Shown in pieces: positions 57,589-64,000 of a DNA stretch of 64,000 bases. Location of the stretch: NCBI GenBank assembly GCA_965232515.1, contig CBDDPY010000002.1:3392001-3456000 (forward strand), given 5' to 3'. Within the stretch, counting starts at the first letter, position 1. Each line of letters opens with the position of its first letter. Made by a program: the position numbers and the translations under genes. Below the pieces are notes generated by a model. The model was not told the DNA's origin. It made no database searches and worked only from the letters and a program-made list of their open reading frames with translations. Origin of the DNA: Alphaproteobacteria bacterium. Its GTDB lineage: Bacteria; Pseudomonadota; Alphaproteobacteria; GCA-2731375.

Positions 57589-59184
57589 TCAGTTCGGCTG
57601 CTTCTTCCAGTAGACCTCGTCGAGCGGCGACATGGCGCCCCAGATCGTCGTCGGCGCGTTGCCGATGTCCTGGCTGTAGACCGTGCGGTAGGGCAGCGTG
57701 TTGAGCCAGTAGATCGGCAGGTCCTCGGCCACCTGTTTCTGGAAAGCGACGTAGTGCGCCCGGCGGGTGTCGAGATCGCTCTCGAGCCCGGCCTTTTCGA
57801 GCAGCGCGTCGATATCCGGATTGCTGTAGCTCTGGGTGTTCGACCAGATCACGCCCTTGCGGATGTTGCTGCTGAGATAGGTGCGGTGCACGCCGATCAC
57901 CGGATCGCCCCAGTTGAAGACGATGTCCATGGTCATGTCGAACTCGTGACTGGAGACGCGCTTGGCCCAGGTCGGGAAGTCCGGCGAGTTGCGCACCTGC
58001 ACGTCGATGCCGACCTTCTTGAGCTGCGGCTTCAAATACTCGGCAATCGCCTTCTGCTGCTCGGGCACGGCCGGGATGTGATCGACCTCGAGCGTGAAGC
58101 GGATACCGTCCGAATTGGCCGGATGGCCGGCCTCGTCCAAGAGCGCCTTCGCTTTGTCGAGGTCGACGTCGTAGCGCGCGACCTCGTCGGTATAGAACGG
58201 GCTGCCCGGCGCGATCGGACCGGTCGCCGCCTTCGACATGCCGCGGTGCAGGGCGTTGATGATGAAGTTGCGGTCGACGGCATAGGCGATGGCCTGGCGC
58301 ACGCGCACGTCGTCGAGCGGCGGCTTTTGCGTGTTGAAGGCGAGCCAGGTGATGGCGCCGACGGCGGCGTAGCCATCTTCCTCGACGACCAGGTCCTTGG
58401 CCTTCTCGAAGCGCAGGATGTCGCGCGAGTCGATGACGAAGGGATACATGTGGCCCTCGCCCTGCTCCATCGCGATCACGCGGCTGCTGGCGTCCTTGAC
58501 GATCTTGATGATGATGCGGTCGAGATAGGGCCGGTCTTTGATGAAGTAGTCGTCGTTGCGCTCGAGGATGATGTATTCGCCCTGCTTGTACTCGACGAAC
58601 TTGAAGGCGCCCGAGCCGACCACGTCCTGGCCGTTGCGGGGATGCGACTTCGGGTCCTGGCCGTCACCGTAAACATGCTTCGGAATGATCGGCAGCAGCG
58701 CCGACGACATCGCCAGCAGCGCGGCGGGATGCGGCTGCGTGAAATGCAGCACGGCGGTGTGCGGATCCGGCGTATCGACGCGGTCGATGCTGCCGTACAT
58801 GGACTTGAAGGGATGGTTCGCCTTCACGGTCTCGACGGAAAACGCGACGTCTTCCGAGGTCACCGGCTTGCCGTCGTGGAAGCGCGCATCCTCGACCAGA
58901 TTGAGGGTAATGGAGAGGCCATCGTCGGCGACCGACCAGCTCTTGGCGAGATAGGGCTGCGGCTTCCAGTCGGCATCGAACCGCAATGGCGTCGCGAAGA
59001 TCTGGGTGCCCGGAATGGCCGTCGCGGTGCCCGACTGCACGGCCGGATTGAAGTGCCGCGGCACCTGGCTGGAAATGATCACCATGGTACCGCCGGGCTT
59101 GCCCGGCTCCGCCGCCGAAACGGCACCCGCCGCGACGGAAACGAACGTTAATGCCCCCAACAATGCCGTCGTGAAAGTTTTCAT
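57589..59184 (-). CDS. Peptide ABC transporter substrate-binding protein (family 5)
   Basis: Signal peptide; PYLA.SW, FHDGKPVTSEDV.FS, VRQAIAYA. Confidence 0.93.
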   Translation of the reverse strand: MKTFTTALLGALTFVSVAAGAVSAAEPGKPGGTMVIISSQVPRHFNPAVQSGTATAIPGTQIFATPLRFDADWKPQPYLAKSWSVADDGLSITLNLVEDARFHDGKPVTSEDVAFSVETVKANHPFKSMYGSIDRVDTPDPHTAVLHFTQPHPAALLAMSSALLPIIPKHVYGDGQDPKSHPRNGQDVVGSGAFKFVEYKQGEYIILERNDDYFIKDRPYLDRIIIKIVKDASSRVIAMEQGEGHMYPFVIDSRDILRFEKAKDLVVEEDGYAAVGAITWLAFNTQKPPLDDVRVRQAIAYAVDRNFIINALHRGMSKAATGPIAPGSPFYTDEVARYDVDLDKAKALLDEAGHPANSDGIRFTLEVDHIPAVPEQQKAIAEYLKPQLKKVGIDVQVRNSPDFPTWAKRVSSHEFDMTMDIVFNWGDPVIGVHRTYLSSNIRKGVIWSNTQSYSNPDIDALLEKAGLESDLDTRRAHYVAFQKQVAEDLPIYWLNTLPYRTVYSQDIGNAPTTIWGAMSPLDEVYWKKQPN

Positions 59185-59325
59185 GAGCCTCTCCCCTGTC
59201 TGCCGGCGTCACGACCGATTTGATTTTGATTTGAATGGCTTCGGTACGGCCGACACGGGAAGTCTAGACCAGCCCCGACAACGGCGTCACGCTAAAGCGG
59301 TCCTTGGCGAATTGGGGAGAATGGG

Positions 59326-59556
59326 ATGGCGAAGCGGTATCCGTTGCCGAAACGGTTCAATGCGGCGTTGAGCGAAACGGCCTATGCCCGGCTCAGGGAC
59401 TTGAACGCGAAGTGGCATCTCGGCAACAACTACCTGCTGGTCGTGCTGTTGGAAAACCTCGACAGATATGCCGACGCGGACGCATTGGACCGGGCGTTCG
59501 AAGAATTTATCGCCGAATACGGCGCCCCATCCGGTCCGGCGAAACCCGAGGCGTAA
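59326..59556 (+). CDS. Small hypothetical protein (76 aa), possibly ribbon-helix-helix-like
   Basis: GGGAG upstream; sole plausible ORF in the spacer; RFNAALSETAYARLRDL strand-helix pattern. Confidence 0.6.
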   Translation: MAKRYPLPKRFNAALSETAYARLRDLNAKWHLGNNYLLVVLLENLDRYADADALDRAFEEFIAEYGAPSGPAKPEA

Positions 59557-59689
59557 CATCGGCGGCTCGAACGGCATCAAAGCAGCGATGTGTCGGCGCA
59601 TTTGCCGCACGGCGAATTTGCTCACAGAATAAGCGCACTAGATTCCTGGTATTCGAAAATGAGTCTGTCGTGGATGGGGGCGTCGGACG

Positions 59690-61981
59690 ATGACGATGGA
59701 TCGTTTCAAGGCCGTTTCCACCCGGATTTCGGCAACATTTCTCGCCCTGTGCACGCTGTTCAGCGTTGTCGAGGTGGGCGCGCAAAGCTTAAGGGCAACA
59801 GACGCCGCCGAGCTGGAACGCCTGATCGGCGAGGCGCGCGATCAGGGCGCGAAGGTCGTCGTCATCGAGACGCCGGCCGGCACAGGCGACGCCCAAGGCG
59901 ACGCGGCCGAGCCGAACAAGTCGGCCGTGATCGAGGATCAGGCGCTGCAAGTCCGCTCGCGGTTTCGCGAGATCCTGGCCGGCGCCAGCCAGTTCGCCGA
60001 CCGGGCCGGCGAGACCGTGCGGCAATACGATCCGGGCGGGTCGATGTACTGGCCGCTGCCGGCGGCGCTGATGGCCGTTCTGTTCCTGGTGGTCGGCTAC
60101 GGCGCGGAAACGCTGCTCAACCGGTGGGGCCGGTCGCATTTCCAGCACCTGTTCAACCCGACGCCCGAAAGCGAGGTCGAAAAGATCTCCTACCTGCTGC
60201 TGCGGGGTTTGATGCAGATCGTCGCCATCGCACTCGGTCTCGCCCTCGCGCTGCTGGTTGGCCTCGCCTTCGATCAGGGCGAGACGCATGTCCGCAACAC
60301 GCAGCTGATCGTCATCTTTGGCGTGACCATCGTGCGCGCCATGTCGGTGTTCTTCCAAAACCTGTTCGCCTACGACACGCCCAGCCACCGCCTGCTGCAC
60401 CTGTCCGACGCGGACGCCGTACGCATGCATCGCGGCCTGATGGGCATCCTGATCATCGGCGCGATATCGATCGGCACGTGCTTGTGGATGGAGGCCCTGG
60501 CGCTCAACCGGGACGCCCATGTCCTGGCATTGATGGTGACGACTCTGCTGGCGACGGTGCTGCTGTCGGGTTTCGCCATCGTCGAGCGGCGCACGGTGGC
60601 CGGTATGATCCTGGGCGCCGGCGCGGCCGATGCGAAGCCCGGATTAATGCGGCTCGTCGCGGCCGTCTGGCACATTCTGGCGGTGCTCTACTTCGTCGTC
60701 GCCTGGATGGTGAGCAGCGTGCGCCTGGTCCTCGACCTGCCGAACGCGCTGGGTCTTGTGGGGGATCCGGTACTGATCATCCTGTTCGCCATCGCCGGTT
60801 ACGGCGCGGCGCTGCTGCTGATCGAGTGGCTCTTTACGCGTCGCGCGGCGCAACGCGGGCAGGCGACCGCCGACGACGATACCGACACGGAGGTCGCGGA
60901 CGAGACGGCGAGCGAGGACGCATTGACGGAAGCGCCGGTTCGCGGCTTCAAGGAGCTGGCGGAGCATGCCGCCGCGGTGATGACCGTCGCGATCTCGATC
61001 TGGCTGATCTTCGACCTCTGGGGCGTCAACCTGACCGAGGACGGCGGCATCCTGCACTCGTTGTGGGAAATCCTGCTGATCGGCTTCCTGGCCTATCTCG
61101 CCTTCGCCGGCGTGCGGATCGCCATCGACCGCCGGATCGCCGAGGAAGGCGGCTTCGACGAGGAGCCGGAGCCGGGCGAGGAAGGCGGCGCGCAAGGCAC
61201 CTCGCGGCTGGCGACGCTGTTGCCGCTGTTCCGCAACTTCCTGTTCATCGTCATTGCCGTGATCGGCGGCATGATCGCCCTGTCGGAGCTGGGCGTCGAC
61301 ATCGCGCCGCTGTTCGCCGGCGCCGGCGTCGTCGGTCTCGCCATCGGCTTCGGTGCGCAGGCGCTGATCCGCGACATTTTTTCCGGCGCCTTCTTCCTGA
61401 TGGACGACGCCTTCCGCAAGGGCGAGTACATCGACCTCGGCGACGTCAAAGGCACGGTCGAGAAGATCTCGATCCGGTCGATGCAGCTACGCCATCACAT
61501 GGGACCGCTGCACACGATTCCGTTCGGCGAGGTCCGACACCTGACGAACTATTCGCGCGACTGGGTGATGATGAAGCTGCCGCTGCGGCTGACCTACGAC
61601 ACCGACGTTGAGAAGGTGCGCAAGCTGATCAAAAAACTGGGCCAGGAGCTGCTGGAGCATCCTGAGCTGGGCGAAAAGTTCATGCAGCCGCTGAAGTCGC
61701 AGGGCGTCTATCAGATGGAAGACTCGGCGATGATCATCCGGGTCAAGTTCATGACCAGGCCGGGCGACCAGTTCCAGGTGCGGAAAGAGGTCTATGCCCG
61801 CATCCGCGCGCTGTTCGAGAGCGAGGGCATTCGTTTCGCCCACCGCGAGGTGACGGTGCGCGTCGCCGAAACGCCGAACGGCGAGCCGCTGACGCACGCG
61901 CAGAAGGAAGCCGTCGCCGGCGCTGTCCGTCCGTCGATCGAGGCCGACCAGCCTCCAAAGACCGGTAGCGACGACCGCTAG
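59690..61981 (+). CDS. Large mechanosensitive channel, MscS family
   Basis: Many TM helices, then PL.AGAGV.GLAIGFGAQ.L..D..SG and GTVE.I.IRS. Confidence 0.92.
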   Translation: MTMDRFKAVSTRISATFLALCTLFSVVEVGAQSLRATDAAELERLIGEARDQGAKVVVIETPAGTGDAQGDAAEPNKSAVIEDQALQVRSRFREILAGASQFADRAGETVRQYDPGGSMYWPLPAALMAVLFLVVGYGAETLLNRWGRSHFQHLFNPTPESEVEKISYLLLRGLMQIVAIALGLALALLVGLAFDQGETHVRNTQLIVIFGVTIVRAMSVFFQNLFAYDTPSHRLLHLSDADAVRMHRGLMGILIIGAISIGTCLWMEALALNRDAHVLALMVTTLLATVLLSGFAIVERRTVAGMILGAGAADAKPGLMRLVAAVWHILAVLYFVVAWMVSSVRLVLDLPNALGLVGDPVLIILFAIAGYGAALLLIEWLFTRRAAQRGQATADDDTDTEVADETASEDALTEAPVRGFKELAEHAAAVMTVAISIWLIFDLWGVNLTEDGGILHSLWEILLIGFLAYLAFAGVRIAIDRRIAEEGGFDEEPEPGEEGGAQGTSRLATLLPLFRNFLFIVIAVIGGMIALSELGVDIAPLFAGAGVVGLAIGFGAQALIRDIFSGAFFLMDDAFRKGEYIDLGDVKGTVEKISIRSMQLRHHMGPLHTIPFGEVRHLTNYSRDWVMMKLPLRLTYDTDVEKVRKLIKKLGQELLEHPELGEKFMQPLKSQGVYQMEDSAMIIRVKFMTRPGDQFQVRKEVYARIRALFESEGIRFAHREVTVRVAETPNGEPLTHAQKEAVAGAVRPSIEADQPPKTGSDDR

Positions 61982-61987
61982 TTTTTG

Positions 61988-62062
61988 CGCTCACGGCAGT
62001 GGACCTGAAGGTGGGCGCCTGCGCGGGCGGGCCGGATAAGCCGGCGGGCCGTAGTCGCGGCC
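61988..62062 (+). repeat. Dispersed multi-hairpin repeat, copy B
   Basis: Aligns end to end with 28638-28711. Confidence 0.8.
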
Positions 62063-62131
62063 CGTTGGCGCCGCCTTTCGCAAACTTGTGGCGCCCGGTA
62101 AGGTCGAGGCGTCACATCGAACCGGTTCCCC

Positions 62132-63601
62132 ATGCTCGACAGCGCCGTGGCGGCCAGCCCGATCCTGCTGGCGGTCGTCCTTATTCTTGGTTTCCGCCAA
62201 CCGGCCGGACCGGCGGCGCTGGGCTGCGCCACCTATGCGGCATTGCTGGCGTTGTTCTGGCCAGCCTTCGCCGGGCCGCTGGATGCCGTGCTGGCCAGCG
62301 TCGCCAAGGGCAGCCTGACCAGCCTGACGCTGGCTTACGTGTTGCTGGGCGGCATCGCCCTGCACCAGGTGCTGACGGTGACGGGCGCGCTGGACGTGCT
62401 GGCCGACGCGCTGCGGCAATTGCTGCCGGCGGCGGGCGACCGGCTGCTGGTGATGCTGTTCGGCGTCTCGGTGTTCTTCGAGTCCGCCACCGGCTTCGGC
62501 GTCGGCATCATCGTCACGGCGCCGCTGCTGGAGCGCTTCGGTCAGCCGCCGCTGCGCGCCGCCTTTCTGGCGCTTCTGGGGCAATGCGCGGTGCCCTGGG
62601 GCGCGCTCGGCGTCGGCACCTATCTGGGCGCCGAGCTGTCGGGGCTACCGACGGACGAGATCGCCGCGATGTCGGCGCTGCTGAGTTGGCCGTTCGTCCT
62701 GCTCTGCGGCGGCATCGCCGCCCATGTCGGCGGCCTGCCGCGTAACGCTGCGACCGTCGTCCGGGTGATCGTCTGGTCGACCGTGCTGACGGCGGCGTTG
62801 GCCGGCCTGTCGCTGCTGCTCGGCACCGAGCTCGGCGGCTGCCTCGCCGGTCTCGCGGTGGTGCTGCTGGGCATCGCGCGCGGTCGCCGCGACGGGCCGC
62901 TGCCGGCGGGTCTGTCGAAGGCGCTGGCGCCGCTCGCCGCACTGCTGGCGGCGCTGTTGCTGACGCGGCTGGTGCCTGATATCGGCGCCTGGACGACATC
63001 GTTGCTGCGCTGGGAGCTGCCGGCGCTCGGCTATGTGCTGTCGCCGGTGCATCATCCCGGCTTCTGGATGCTGACGGCCGCGGCGGCCGGCATCGCCCTG
63101 CACGGCCTGCCGGCCGGCCAGGCCGGCGTCATGATGCGCACCGGGGCCAGTCGGTGGGTGCTGGCGAACCTGCCCGTGCTCGGCTTTCTCGCCATGGCGC
63201 AGGTGATGCTGAACGCCGGCATGATCGAGACGATCGCCGGCGCCATGTCGCGGGGATTGGGCCCGTTCGCGGTGCTGTCGGTCACGATGCTGGGGGCGCT
63301 CGGCGGCTTCCTCACCGCCAGCAACGTCGGCTCGAACGCGATTTTCATGCCCCTGCAGATGGCGCTCGCCGAGCAGCTGGGGCTCGACCGGTTGAGCACG
63401 GCGGCGGCGCAGAACTCGGCCGGCTCGAACCTGAGCTTCGCCTCGCCGGCCCGCGTGGTGCTGGCCGCGGCGATCTGCGGCGCGCCGGAACAGCAACACC
63501 TGCTGATGCGCCAGGCGCTGGCCGCCGGCCTTGCCGGCACGGCCGTGCTGACGCTCGCTTACCTCGTTTCGATCCGCCTCGAAGCATTCGCGCTGCCCTG
63601 A
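62132..63601 (+). CDS. L-lactate permease family transporter
   Basis: FFESATGFG, VPWGALG, GGFLTASN..SN..F, Q...G...SP motifs. Confidence 0.85.
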   Translation: MLDSAVAASPILLAVVLILGFRQPAGPAALGCATYAALLALFWPAFAGPLDAVLASVAKGSLTSLTLAYVLLGGIALHQVLTVTGALDVLADALRQLLPAAGDRLLVMLFGVSVFFESATGFGVGIIVTAPLLERFGQPPLRAAFLALLGQCAVPWGALGVGTYLGAELSGLPTDEIAAMSALLSWPFVLLCGGIAAHVGGLPRNAATVVRVIVWSTVLTAALAGLSLLLGTELGGCLAGLAVVLLGIARGRRDGPLPAGLSKALAPLAALLAALLLTRLVPDIGAWTTSLLRWELPALGYVLSPVHHPGFWMLTAAAAGIALHGLPAGQAGVMMRTGASRWVLANLPVLGFLAMAQVMLNAGMIETIAGAMSRGLGPFAVLSVTMLGALGGFLTASNVGSNAIFMPLQMALAEQLGLDRLSTAAAQNSAGSNLSFASPARVVLAAAICGAPEQQHLLMRQALAAGLAGTAVLTLAYLVSIRLEAFALP

Positions 63602-63648
63602 GCGTTAGCCTTGCCGCCGTTCGCCATGAACGGGCCGAGGGGACGCGG

Positions 63649-64000
63649 ATGATCGCCAGACACGATATCGCCGGACGGGACCTGCCCGATCTGTCATTCC
63701 CCGTTTCCAACATTGCGCTTTGGGAGCGGCGGCCAGTCATCGCGGACGCCCCGCCCGTTCTCTACGTGCATGGCGCCACGTTTCCGACCGAGCTCGCCTT
63801 TACCTTCGCCTTCGACGGCGTGTCCTGGGCCGATCATCTGGCAGGCCAGGGCTTCTGGCCATGGGGCCTCGACTTCACCGGCTTCGGCGCATCGGCGATC
63901 GATTGGGATGCGGTCGTTGCGGAGGCAGGACCCATCGGCAAGGCTGCGGATGCGGCACAACAGATCGCGGCGGCCTGCGCGCTCGTGCACGGCCGCACCG
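63649..64000 (+). CDS. Alpha/beta hydrolase, 5' part (runs off the window)
   Basis: MIARHD...VLYVHGATFP...SWADHLA.QGF..WGLDFTGFGAS; GAGGGG RBS; absent from the ORF track because it has no stop in the window. Confidence 0.8.
   Translation, partial: MIARHDIAGRDLPDLSFPVSNIALWERRPVIADAPPVLYVHGATFPTELAFTFAFDGVSWADHLAGQGFWPWGLDFTGFGASAIDWDAVVAEAGPIGKAADAAQQIAAACALVHGRT

Overview
GC-rich chromosomal window, most likely from an alphaproteobacterium judging by gene content and the intergenic palindrome families. It holds about 70 genes, mostly accessory metabolism and transport. I see no rRNA, tRNA, CRISPR, integrase or transposase. Main blocks: an Fe-S carrier and sulfur-transfer islet (yjbQ, rhodanese, zf-CHCC, nfuA, Cys-tailed MarR, divergent from Rrf2, grxD, fdxA); an AT-richer patch of orphans; two peptide-type ABC operons, one with an amidase and one with an M81 peptidase; a PEP-CTERM-type gene between two copies of a ~90-bp palindrome; an atypical PQQ beta-propeller protein; twin globins around a LysR; ppk2; a split Liv-type transporter; a large MscS channel; and a lactate permease. 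Two observations stand out. (1) An unannotated 25-aa leader peptide with two AAA Lys codons, with mutually exclusive 1:2, 2:3 and 3:4 RNA pairings and an intrinsic terminator, lies directly upstream of dapA. This is a candidate ribosome-mediated lysine attenuator. (2) A GST whose motifs match dichloromethane dehalogenase DcmA along its whole length sits with no dcm island around it. All product calls come from motif recognition by eye; no database searches were run. Start codons were moved from the ORF track where an RBS or family N-terminus favoured a later start.
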